Below, in pieces: positions 25,310-37,730 of a DNA stretch of 64,000 nt; position 1 is the first letter of the stretch; each line of letters begins with the position of its first letter. The stretch comes from Eledone cirrhosa (Eukaryota). A program made the translations under genes and the position numbers. The notes under the pieces were generated by a model. That model was not told the DNA's origin. It ran no database searches and saw nothing but the letters and a program-made list of their open reading frames with translations. The stretch is from assembly GCA_964016885.1 (NCBI GenBank), contig OZ024743.1:16182001-16246000 (forward strand), given 5' to 3'.

Positions 25310-25870
25310 AATAAAAACACACACGCCTGTTGGTTTTAACTTCAATTTATTATAGGCTTCCGGTTGCGTGATTGGTTTGATAACCACAAGGTTGTTTACA
25401 TATTGTCAAACCTCTTTCGTCACACTTTCTGCGACCTCCTCAGTGACTAGTCTTTTATTTTGTGTGTATCTCATTTGTTTTGTCCTACACTATCTTGTTT
25501 TTGTTTGACGTGTGTTGTGTGCTTAGTTTGCGCATGCGTTACGTTAGTCAGTCTGTGTGTGTGTTTATTATTTATTTATGTTTATTTACTTGTCACTAGT
25601 TGGTATTTTGTTCTATCTGTGTGTGTCTGACTTGTGTTGTTAGTTTTTTTTTGTGTGTGTCTGCATGCCTTCAGTTTGTCCTTAATTACCAGTTGTGATG
25701 TTGCTATTCCTCTCATGTTTCTGTTTAATTTTGGTTGGAGTTCGTTTATATTTGTTGCCTCTGATTTATATGAGCATTGCATCTTTTCTCTGTGTGGATA
25801 TCATTTGTTATCTCAGTCTTCTCTAATGTGCCCCTTTGTTATATTTTGGCATGTTGGTGGAGTACTATTT
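25310..25870 (-). mobile_element. Penelope-like 3' end relic (GIY-YIG C-terminus + pLTR)
   Basis: ORF 25582-25782 has EATNINELQPKLNRN, resembling the PLE EA..I...P.LN terminus; hammerhead-like motif downstream. Confidence 0.6.
25405..25447 (-). ncRNA. Degenerate hammerhead ribozyme
   Basis: Reverse strand gtca-CTGAGGA-g-gtcgc agaaagt gtgac-GAAA-gagg-TT-tgac; stems I and II pair, stem III decayed. Confidence 0.6.
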
Positions 25871-26738
25871 TGAGAATTTGGTTAGGTGTCAACTGTAATT
25901 AAAATCGTGTGCCATCGCATATGACAGACAGTGGTTTTTAGACAACCCGGGCTAATGAAATATTTGTCAATAATTGAATAAACCCTTCTGTAGAGCTGAT
26001 CCATGTTATACTTCACTCCATTTATATATATATATATATATTGGGTGTTCACCCAGCAGAGCACTCGATGTTTAAGTTCATGTCAGTGTCGAGGTGTAGA
26101 GCTAGACAGAGTGTACTATAATAATACAAGGATGATTTGTTAGGCCTTGATTACGTTTATTGATTGATGACGCGCATTTTGTATTAATCTCAGCCCAACT
26201 CTGTAATCAAAAGCTCATTGGACCTCTGTTGTAGTAATGACAGAATGAAAATATTTGGCATATACATGTCTAACGTTCGTATGGTGGTCAGTTTATGTTG
26301 TTTTGATTGGTGGGTTAATTGTGAGCAAGGTTTTGGCATGTATGATAGGTGGGGTGAGGGGGTGAACGTAGTTATGAGGTAGTGGTGGGGAACAATGGTT
26401 GATGTGAGTTGTGGTGTGTGGTGCTTTAGCTTGCCCTAGACATGTCAGCATGTACGTGGTGAGGCGGTGGTGCTGAGTGTGGTGTGAATGTGGAAGGACT
26501 GTGTGTGATATGAGAGGAAAGAATGCGGTGTTGTACTAGGGATAGGGGGATTTTAACCTGGTCATCAGTTTGTCATGGGGCAGTGGATATGTTGTCCTGT
26601 TTAGACGTTGTTAAAGGGGATATGCGCTATAAAAAATTAATGAAGTGATGCGAATGGTATGAGGTTAGTGTATGAAAATATATAAATATATATTTATACA
26701 GATGAGGAATTATGGTATACGGCTAGTGTTTGTAAAAA

Positions 26739-27031
26739 CCATAGAAAAGACTAAGGAACATTTTATAGAAAACATTGTTGCTAGAACCCTGCATTTAGGG
26801 GCAAGATAGTTGTTCAGCAATATTGTGTGAAATAGTATAAAAAGGAAAATAAATATACATGTGTACACACTCACCCAAAGGCATATCTCTGACTCACAGC
26901 CCTATTTATTTATTTATTTTCCTTTTTATACTATTTCACACAATATGCACTGAACAGGTATCTTGCCCCTACACGCAGGGTTCTAGCAACAATGTTTTCT
27001 ATAAACATTTTCTTTATAGTCTTTTCTATGG
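26739..27031. repeat. Inverted repeat, ~117-bp arms
   Basis: 26739-26855 is the reverse complement of 26911-27031 with scattered mismatches. Confidence 0.9.
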
Positions 27032-27409
27032 AGGTTAGATTAGATGAAAATACACAAAAAAAACTTAATTAGTATTAATTTTATTTAGAGTTATTAGTGT
27101 TCAATGTACAAACAAACTTCCTTTTTAAAATGATATAGACAGATAGATAGATGAAAAACACAGTATTTGCAAGCTTATTAGTAGTAAATTCTCCTTCAAC
27201 CTGCTCCCCCTTATTCTGTTTTCAGAAAATGAATTGACAGGGAGATTGTCGGAGGTCAAATTAGTTGAAAACACTAAAAAAAACTTAATTATTATCAATT
27301 TTATTTAGTATTATAAGTGGCCAATGCAAAAACTTCCTGTCTTTGTGTATTTTTGTACATTTGTGTGTAAGTAGAATTGTCAAATATTTAAGTATTTCAC
27401 TTCACAATT

Positions 27410-27620
27410 GTTTTTGTATTTGGAATAAGACCAGCAATTTGAAGGAAATGGGGGAAGGTTGAATACATTTACCCCAGTGTGTTATTGGTATTATATTATC
27501 TCAACCCTTTAAGGATGAAAGGCATAGCTAACCTTATTGGGGTTTGGACATATAACATAAAGGGATGTAACTATATGCTGCAAAGCATGTTGTCCGACAA
27601 TCTACTGATACTACCTAACC
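27410..27620 (-). mobile_element. Decayed SINE family A
   Basis: accagcaattt..cccagtgtgttattggta..acccttt aaggatgaaaggca. Confidence 0.7.
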
Positions 27621-27861
27621 ACTTTCCAGACATAATGAACTGGGCTCAAAACTTTGTGTGACATCTTGGGTCATTTACCATAGACTGAAGTTGACACAAG
27701 TCTTGTAAGTGAAATTGGTTAGTTTGAAACTATTTAGAACCGGTTCCATGGATTTTTCATTTAATCCAATTGTTGACCACATTTTATCACATGGAAACAT
27801 TCTGAAAATTAAGGTTAAGGGAAAATTAGTGTCTGGGAAATGGTCAGTTACTTTCACATTA

Positions 27862-28012
27862 ATTTCATGAGCAAGTTTTTCTATACATCAAACAAATGGA
27901 AAACACATCACTGAGACTGATGGAGATCCATTCTATTATAGAATGGATCTCCATCAGTTTCAGGGATGTGATTTCCATTTGTTTGATAAATAGAAAAGCT
28001 TTCTCATGAAAT
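27862..28012. repeat. ~150-bp palindrome with no spacer
   Basis: atttcatgag...ctgatggagatccattctat-t-atagaatggatctccatcag...ctcatgaaat. Confidence 0.92.
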
Positions 28013-28510
28013 CACTGAATATTGATCTAAACCATTATATATATATATATATATATATATTTACAATATTTGCTATCTTAAAATAAGGGATTTCAAATAT
28101 GCAAATTATGTTATTCAGAGACATTTTGCTGAATTTGTTTATTTATATTTTCATTTTTGTTTCTAAACAAAGTGAAAAATAAAACAGAATACATATGCAT
28201 GAATTCCTGGATAGCAATTACAAATATTTTAATTCATGCCATTTAATGCATCCCAGATCATTTTTGTTTCAACATGCTTTACTCAACAATTTATCACAGA
28301 AAATTAGTAAAAATATTTTATAAAAGATATAAAAATTTTAATTGCAATGTGTAATGTACAACATCAGTTACACTGCCTTCATATATGTTAAGATTGTCAG
28401 TAGTGTATAACTAAAATATCATGATTAATGAGGAAGAGGAAATGTTTACTGCATTTCAGCTACCATGGCTTTCATGTTTCATATTTCATCTGTTTTTTGC
28501 TTGCTAAATT

Positions 28511-30000
28511 CATCATCATCATCATCATCACCGTTTTACGTCCGTTCTTCCATGCTAGCATGGGTTAGACGGGTTGTCCTGTTGTGGGCAGTGTCTGGTC
28601 GGCTGACCATGCCTTGCTCATACAGGAACTGATCTGGCTTGATTTCTACAGCTGGATGCCCTTCCTAACACCAACCTCATTTACAGTGAGTGCTGGGTGC
28701 TTTTTCGTGGCGCCTACACGTCCACTTTACAGTGTGGGCTGAGTGCTTTTTTGCCGTGGCACCTCCACGACCACCTTGCGGTGGGGGGAGTGGGGGCATA
28801 TTGTTTATATGCTTCAGCATGTACCCATGGGAGGTCGGGTACCCTGTATTACTGCGTGACGCCAGAAGTCACGGTCGTGTATCATTGACTTTGAGAGGTG
28901 TAGTTGGGTAAGGTCGGCTTTTATCACCTCATCCCAAGTCATCTTGGGTCTCCCCACTCCGCGGTTTCCATCTGAACCTTTTTATGCAGCTGTCATCCTT
29001 CATACGCATCACATGTCCATACCAGCGTAACCGCCTCTCCTGCACGCAGCATTTGATTCCTCTTATGCTCAGTCTCTCTCTCAATTCCTTTATGCTTTGT
29101 CGTTCACGTATATTACTGTTACACATCCATCGGAGCATGCAGGCTTCGTTTCTCTCTAATCTACGTAAGTCTTCCACCTTCAGCGCCAGGTCTCACTACC
29201 ATGCAACATCGCTGTTCGGATACACGCATCATACAGTCTGCCTTTCATTCTGAGGGAGAAGCCTTTTGCAGCTAGCAGTGGTAGTAGTTCCCTAAACTTC
29301 TTCCATCCCGTTCTTACCCTAGTTATTGTACTTTCTGAGCACCCACCTCCGTTGCTAATTCGGTCACCTAGGTAGCAGAAGCTGTCTACTGTTTCTACAG
29401 GGCCCTCCCAGAGATTGGTGGTACTTGTTTCCTGTGGCTGTTTGCTTGCTGTTTCAGCACAGCTGCTGCATGTGAATCCTACATTCTTAATTAAGCTTCC
29501 TGAGATCCTGCTACATCTCTTGTGTACCCATTGTTTGCATTTGGGGCAGAGAATGGAGTTCCTACCTACACCTTTCCTACATACTGAGCAAGGCCATTTC
29601 CCTGAGGGGATCTGGGTTCTGTTTTCTCGTCTACTTACAAGGACCTTAGTCTTTGTCATGTTGACTTTGAGGCCCTTTCTCTCTAGTCCCTGCTTCCAGG
29701 TTTGGAATTTATTCTCTAGTTCTACCATAGATTCAGCTATGAGTGCGAGGTCATCAGCATACAGGAGTTCCTATGGGCATCCGGTCTTAAACGCCTCCGT
29801 TATTGCCTGCAGGACTATGATGAACAGGAGAGGGCTAAGAACAGATCCCTGGTGGACCCCAACCTGTACGCTAAATTCCTCGCTATACTCATTGCTAATC
29901 CTAACTTTGCTGACTGCTCCCCTATACATGGCTTGTACCGCTTTCACAAGCCATTCATCTACTTCTAGTTTTCTAAGAGCCCACCAGATTACTGCACGTG
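28511..30000 (-). mobile_element. RTE-clade LINE, 5'-truncated (RT half, PHD-like insert, 3'UTR)
   Basis: VGVHQGSVLSPLLF..LLYADDL, Cys-rich insert, HGSETW, RRLRWYGHV; (GAT)n tail; frameshifted. Confidence 0.95.
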
Positions 30001-30695
30001 GAATTAATGATTAATGATGTTCCCTGCTGTATTAGCGATACATTTTCGAGGGTTTTTCTTAGTAGTTTTTCATGACGTTATTATTGTTAATTTTACTGAT
30101 GTAGTATTAACTTGGATATTTACCATGCGGTATTCTAATTCTATTGTATCTCTCTCAGTTATTTACCATGCGACCCTCACTTCCTACCTCACATTCTAAA
30201 TCAAAATTGTCATGAAGGAAAGCATTGTTCATTCTCACTAGACAATTTGGAATACTATAAAAAGCATATATTTTATCCGAAACAGGATCATTATCATCAT
30301 TATTTATAACAATTTTCCACTGATTGTTATCAATAACATCTTCATAGGGCTCCTCATCATAAACACCACCAGCACCAGCACCAGCACTATTACCACCTCC
30401 ACCATTACCACCAACACTGCCACAAATCACAACCACTACCACCACCACCACCATCACCACCACTTTTTTAAAATTGCAAATATCACAAAAATCAATCCAT
30501 AGCTAAAAATAAATGGTTGTTTGATAGTATAGAAAATATGTTCTATCATACATTTCCTGCCTTGTCTTTTTAGAAAACAAAATAGGGTTAGCAAGGGCCA
30601 CTATGATGTATGTGATGAATACATCCCAAAGTTATTGAAGAGGATCACGATGACTTTACTAGGGCTGTGAGACAGTATTTAGAAAGATTCAAGAA

Positions 30696-30801
<106 letters not shown>

Positions 30802-31239
30802 GATGTTAGTGATAACAATCAAGTAGAAAATGGTTATAAAATAATGATGATAATGATCCTGATGTAGTATTGGCAGTAGTGATATATATATATGGAGATT
30901 TGCTTCCATTCTGATTAAATTTTTGGATCTTTAACAAGTATCCCATTCATTCTCTAGAACAATGCCTAGCACTTTTGTAGAGAATTCAATACTAGTGGGA
31001 TAAATGAGATAAAGAAACTGCAACACAGGTATCTTAAAATTGGATCCTGGATCCGAATGCTGGCAACAAAGTATACCCAGCTAAAGGCCCTCAAATGCCA
31101 ACTTGTAACATTGAACAAGTAAACAAATGAAGGCTTACATCTCAGTTCAATTATACGAGGTTGTTTAAGCACACTAACATGACACATCATTTGGAGCATA
31201 CTTGATTCATTTTTTTCCCAGTCTTTACAGGTCTTGTGC

Positions 31240-31540
31240 AGTTAAGGCTCATGTTTCACTGCCATGAAGCATTGCAGTGTGCATGCAGGCATATATGGAG
31301 TGCCAGTTTTAAACTCCTTGGTGATGGCCTCAAGGACAATGATAAATAGGAATGGACTGAAGACTGAGCCCTGGTGGACGGCCACCTGCACTTCAAATTC
31401 TTTTCTCTACTCACTTCCAATACTCAACCTGCTGGCTGTTCCACCAAATTACAAAGTGTGGGCCCTGTGAAAGGCCTTCTCCATATCTACAAGAACCATA
31501 TACAATGGCTTACTCATAGCTACATACCACTCTTGTAGTT
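31240..31540 (-). mobile_element. RTE RT internal fragment
   Basis: LYMVLVDMEKAF..VAVHQGSVFSPFLFIIVLEAIT on the reverse strand. Confidence 0.8.
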
Positions 31541-32145
31541 GTTTCACCAGAAAGAGGTCGTTGGTTATAACCCTGCATTGCTTAAATCCAAAGTAACTAC
31601 CTCTGCCTGGTATAAATCATCTCTGAATTATCAATTATATACTTCTTGTATTTTTATTCCATTAGAAGTCACCCTATACATTCAGTTGCTCAGAGATTTA
31701 CCATCTCATGCTTCTGCTGAATACAGTTTCTGAACTAAGGACTATATGGTTATGTAGAACAAATGGGCACTTCCTCTAATAGTATATTTCGAGAAATTTT
31801 GCCAAGTTGAAACCATCACACCCAAGATTTACTCACTAGAAGATTTGAACTTTGCACGGCAGGATAACAAATTATTTGTTAATAATAAACTGCTCCTGCT
31901 GTTTAAAACAATAATATGCACATATTACTGTGTGATTTGGAGTAGCAAGTTTTAAGTGTCACTAGACCACCTGTGACCCATTGGGTCACGTTCCCTTTAA
32001 CATATTTTTAAGATCATGTTCACTTACAAATAATTTTTTAATAATTAAAATTAAAATCTTAATATAATAATAATTAAAATTTTTATATAAAAGGAAACTG
32101 GAAGGCCCATATATATATATATATATATACGTGTGTGTATGTATA

Positions 32146-32948
32146 TCATCATCATCATCATCATCAACGTTTAACGTCCGTGTTCCACGCTTGCATGGGT
32201 TTGGACGGGGGTTTTCCCACTTGAGGCAAGAGTGATTATCTTGCTCGCATAGGACTATCTGGTGGGTTTTCTACAGCTGGATGCCCTTCCTAACACCAAC
32301 CACATTTACAGTGTGGGGCTGGGAGGATTTTACCGTGTTGCCTACACGGCCACATTACAGCGTGGACTGTCTGGCAGGTTTTCTACAGCTGGATGCCCTT
32401 CCTAACACCAACCACATTTACAGTGTGGGGCTGGGAGGATTTTACCGTGTTGCCTACACGGCCACATTACAGCGTGGACTGTCTGGCAGGTTTTCTACAG
32501 CTGGATGCCCTTCCTAACACCAACCACATTTACAGTGTGGGGCTGGGAGGATTTTACCGTGTTGCCTAAACGGCCACATTACAGCGTGAACTGGTGTGTT
32601 TTTTTGACGTGACACTACACGATCTCATTTGTTTCGGCCTGGATGTTGTGGAACCAACATAACTTTACATTGAAAGGGGCGGTGTGGATGGGGTGGGGGT
32701 GGTGGGACGGGGGTGTATTTTGTTAGAGATGCCTACTGACTGTAGTAGGTTTTACTTTGTATTTAGGTAAGGCGGGTCTTCTCTATTACTGAGTACCGCC
32801 AAAGGTCTCGGTCCAGTGACATTGTCTTGGTGAGGTGTAAGTGTGTGCGGTCGGAATTTATCAGCTCGTCCCAGGTTTTTCTGGGTCTGCCTATTCCGTG
32901 GCTACCGTCTATCTTTATTGCCCTGCACTTTGTTATACAGCTATCGTC
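32146..32948 (-). mobile_element. RTE LINE 3' end with internal 3x112-bp tandem duplication
   Basis: (GAT)n tail; coding tail GRPRKTWDE; ctacagctgg recurs at 32271, 32383 and 32495. Confidence 0.9.
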
Positions 32949-34820
32949 CTTATATATATATATTATATATATATTATATATATCGTCCGTATATATATAT
33001 TTAAATGTGTGTGTGTGTGTGTGTATATATATACATATGTGGGTATCTGTGATCTATATACACTGGTCATAGACACATACGCATACACACACACACATAT
33101 ATATATATACAAACACTCACATATATTTATACACAACACCATAATCAGCTTACTCTCTCTTCCTTTCTCCTTCTCCTTCTCTGTCTCTCTTTCAATCTAC
33201 TCTCTCACAACCACTATCTCCGTCTCACTATCTTTCTCTCTCTCTCTGTTTATGAAGGTACCCGGAAAAACCCATATCTCGGGAACCCGTATTCCGATTT
33301 ACGCTAAACTTGTTTTATTCCATTTGTATTCCCATTTCAGGGGCAACTTCCCTTCAAAGTATTTTCCCTTTATATGCCCTTTTCGCTGTATTACATTACA
33401 GAGAAGCAAGGAAGCAAGCAATCAGAGAGTTTTAGTAGTACATAGATAGATAACTAAAAGAACACAATGCATCAGTAGTGCCAGGATACAAAACTGAAAC
33501 TTAAGCTGCATGCCTAATCTGATTTCCTCTTTGGCAACCAAGGCAATTGGGATGTTCCAAAAATCGAAGTTGCTAAAGTTGCCTGATGTTTCTAATGAGA
33601 AGCATGTGTATGATGTAAGCCAAAATATATGGACAAATCGCTAAATTTATTGCTTTGTAATGTATTGTTTCTAACGTGCTAGAACATACTATACTAGTTC
33701 AATTTGTTGCTTCAGTACATACCATAAATGTTGAGGTTTTGGAAGAAATGTATGCCACTAATAACATTTATTGCAATTGTAAACTTTTGATAGGGTCATT
33801 TACCTTCAGTTGTTGACCGATTGAGCTGACAGTTGGAGATTCTTTCAGTTTTTTAATTTCTTGTTTGTTTCTTTTGGTCTCTTAATTGAACAGTATGCTA
33901 TGAAAAACACCAACTGTATCCATCATCATCATCAATAACATCATCACCTCCATTATCACCACCAATAAACCCATCAACCAGCAACATCAACAAAAAAATT
34001 ACAAAAACCGCATTTACAACAATTCTGATGGATCATGTCTTTAGTCCATACAGGCACTGAATTATATGTTGACAAGTTTTAAATGAATGACTTAGTTGCA
34101 TTTAATCCTAAAGCTTGAATGAAAATTGTGAATAAGAAGAAATCATATGAAAGTTGCATACAAGTTGTCATAAAACTTAACTCTGGTTATCCTATGCAAA
34201 CATAAAAAGAAAAGAAAAGAGAATTATATTGATAACGTCTATGACAAGATGTTAATGTATTGATTTTCTTGTTGTTTCAAGGCTGCAATAACAGTTTCGT
34301 ACCAATAATGAATTAAATATAAAAAAAGCAAAGCAAAATGTAACATAAACAATTAAATAACGCTGAACTCAGAATAATATAAACTAAGGGGAATATAAAA
34401 CTATCTGTAACTCAGAGAAGCTGTTAATCTCCTCTTTAGTGGGGAGGGAGAAAACAAGATAGTAAAATTTAAGTACTGAAGAAAGTTTTGCAAATTAACA
34501 GCTGAAAAGAAATAGAATACAGATAACCTGATTCAAATAGACTTTTTTTTTGCAAATAGCTATGAAGTTGGGTATTTCTAAATAGAGGAAATATAATGAT
34601 ATTTCTTTCATTACATTCATTCAAAAATACATTTACAATTTAAATGATGTGAGGTGATGACATCTGGGAATAGATGTGAGCTTTGGTTATTGACTAAGGA
34701 GAAACATAACTTCTTGCTTTCAAGCTTATACACTAATACATATTTAATTTAGGCAGCAGTTTCACCTAATTTCTTATTATGTATTCTATTTATTATTATG
34801 TATTATATTTCATTGTAACT

Positions 34821-34877
<57 letters not shown>

Positions 34878-34882
<5 letters not shown>

Positions 34883-35072
34883 AAAAGGTTCAGGACCCTG
34901 ACGGCAGAGCTCAAGCCGTTTCGACGGCTATTTCTGGACTAAGCTTGAGCTCTACCGTCGGGGTCCTGAACCTTTTCCTATTACCCACTCTACTACACAA
35001 ACTATCGAGTACTTTGGTGCGTAATGGTCCACCTCGTTCCTTACCACTTCGTTCCTTACCACACTTCCTTCG

Positions 35073-35075
<3 letters not shown>
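34878..35075. mobile_element. TA-flanked fold-back element (same family as 11190-11356)
   Basis: Arms 34878-34916 and 34943-34981; body is a reverse match to 11190-11270. Confidence 0.78.
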
Positions 35076-35123
<48 letters not shown>

Positions 35124-35127
<4 letters not shown>

Positions 35128-37683
35128 GGTGTTCCAGAATCCCACATTTTACACGAAATTGTTTTTTTCTTAGCTCCCTGTGCATTTTCTCATGCCATTT
35201 TGTATATTATCAATTTATAATGTAATTTAGATTATTTCAGACTAATTTAAGTCTTGCCTAATTGCAGAATAATGGCGGAAACCAGTGGGTCTAGTTGTAG
35301 CTACTCGCTCCGTTGTGATGATCGAGACATATGGCTCCTGTTACATCCTTTTCACCAAACAAAATACCAACAAAGGGGGATGTTCTATGAATACATACAT
35401 TTACACAAAAAGCAAATGTTCTAAGTAAAACAAAGAAAAGGAAGCACTATTTATTTCTGAATTGGATTCGTATTTCTACATTTCACACACTGATGCTGAA
35501 AAGAACATTTTGAAAGACCCTCTTCGTAATAATGAACAGAAAATGGAAGATGCTACATTTCTCGAAGCCCTGCGTTGCCAGAAAAAGTATCTCTGGGTAC
35601 TGAAGACAAGGGTTACCAGAAAAAGGTATCTTCAAAGTTTAAGCGTGATCATGTTTCTGTGGCTCGTCGAGAGTCAGATAACTATAGAAAGCGTTTGTTA
35701 GGATCTGTAGCAACACAACTTCCATGATGAAACTGTAGCAACACAACAACCAATGATGAAACTGAAGTGAACAGGATCCTGAATTTCAGGCCTCAAACCC
35801 ACCCAGGACAGCTCAAAGTCAGACAAGAAACGAAAGATCCAGCTGGAACTCCCAAAGAATCAATTTCAAAGTCCAAATATTTATCTAATGGCTGATCGTT
35901 TAAACCTGACACTGGGCCAGAGAACAGCATTTATGGCACCGATTATTTCTGAGGTTGGGACTGACATAGATGCCACAACTCTCTCCAAGAATAGTAGCAG
36001 ACGTGCAGCTAAGAAGATCAGAACTGTGGGGGCTGAATACATAAAGGAACAATTTGCTGTACCAGACTTTGTTACCTTGCATTGGGATGGCAAAATAATT
36101 CCTTTTGACCACGAGAGGCTAGGTGTGCTAGTTGCTGGAACTTCGGACTTCAGAGAAGGTAAACTCAGTGTTCCCATAATCCCTGATGGCACTGGAACCA
36201 CCCAAGCCAAAGCATCATTTGATCTTGTTAAAGATTAGAATATTAATGGGTCTGTGGTGGGTTTGGTCTTCGACACAACTGCGTCGAGTTCTGGATGGAA
36301 AAATGGTGCCTGCGTGAAACTAAAAGAGATGCACAACAAAAAGGTGTTTCATTTTGCTTGTCGGCACCATGTCATGGAGCGTATCTTGTGTGCAGTGTGG
36401 CAACAACTATTCGGAGCAATGTGCAGTCCAGACAACCCAGAGATCAAGGATTTCAAAAAAGATTGGGTGTCACTCACGGACAAGACCAACTTTAAAACAT
36501 TGATCATTTGTCGACCGGCGGCTCAAGCATCTGTTCTCTGAGAACATCAAGTTCCTGCAAGATTTGCTGACATCCGACAATGGGAAAATGAGTTTTCTTC
36601 CACGGGACGACTACCGAGAATGTGCCGAGTTGATGTTGATCTTGCTTGGTGTCACCCCTCCCCGTGGAATTCATTGGATACTGCCTGGTGCAAATCATAA
36701 CGCTTGGTGGATGTCCACAATCATCTATAGTGCAAAGATGTATGCATTTGGTGAGAAACTCAATTACGATCAAGCTAATATGTAAAAGTTGTGCTCTGTT
36801 CTACGTGCGATAATGGCTGACAGCAGTCAAGTGTGCTGATGCATCATCCAATGACCTTCAATTCTACGTGGAAGTTGACACAGTACAATAAGTTTAACAG
36901 AGATCTCTCGCAGGCAGTCACTACTGCTCTGAGCAGGCATCTTTGGTACCTGATGGAGGAAGCCATTCCGCTAGCGCTGTTTTCAAGTCGGGTCCAAGAG
37001 TTCGAGAAGAAACAAATAGCCCAACGTCTTGTCAAAACGAAAACGTATGGGCCTCTCGATCGTGGTGCTCCAGTATTTCCGGAGTTGAAGTCGTCCACGA
37101 AGCTGCCTCATCTCGTTGGGAAGAAATCGATCTCCTTGGTCTCGACGATACTTGGCTTGAGCTGTCACCTGCAACTTGATCATCACAAGCGTCATATCAA
37201 ATGCCTGTGCTGTTGTTCACAATATTAAGGTAGTCAACGATCTGGCGGAGAGAGCAGTCAAGTTGATAACTGATTTTGTTGCCATCACCTAGAATGAGGA
37301 GGAGAAGCAGTGTGTTCTTCAAGTAGTCGAAGCGCATTGTCGCAAAGGTCCCGGATTTCAAAAAAAAAAAACCTCTGAAAAAAATATGACTGGTATTAAC
37401 TTAACTGAACTTGTTTCTTCCTTGTACGCCTTTATATTTAAAGCTGGTCTACTAAATATAATGGATTAATAAAATAAACAATTATTGTATGGTCATATTT
37501 GGTTTCACATTTTCATGATTTCATGCAACATAATCACACGTTCCACTATAATCACCATGATATAGGCAAAACTCAAAATAATTTATTTTATACAAAATAT
37601 ATTTTATTTTACCAATTGGGGCATTTATAATGGGAAAATACACAGGGAGCATTAGTATTGTCACCTTGCTTTTTATGGCACAC

Positions 37684-37688
<5 letters not shown>
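35124..37688 (+). mobile_element. hAT-superfamily (hATm-like) DNA transposon, decayed full-length
   Basis: Imperfect TIRs ttagggtgttcca / ttagagtgtgcca; (TA)n on both sides; transposase motifs inside. Confidence 0.85.
35272..37390 (+). pseudogene. hATm-like transposase pseudogene
   Basis: HWDGK, FDTTAS..G...GAC, ACRHH, RDDYRE, PGA.H.A.WM, HLWYL.EE and VVNDLAERAVKL spread over several frames with stops. Confidence 0.85.

Positions 37689-37730
<42 letters not shown>

Noticed and set aside
26698-26730. cagatgagg as a hammerhead core
   Set aside because: No CTGA and no downstream GAAA or stem II
29415-30014. 199-aa plus-strand ORF and similar ORFs opposite Dong, Tx1 and hAT
   Set aside because: Antisense shadows of TE coding frames
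30155-30463. Gly/Val-rich 102-aa ORF
   Set aside because: Derived from (CCA)n-type low-complexity repeats
31955-31992. cactagacc plus gtgacccattgggtcac palindrome as a DNA transposon end
   Set aside because: No matching opposite TIR found in the window
32255-32592. CRISPR-like periodicity
   Set aside because: Whole units repeat with no unique spacers; eukaryotic LINE UTR context
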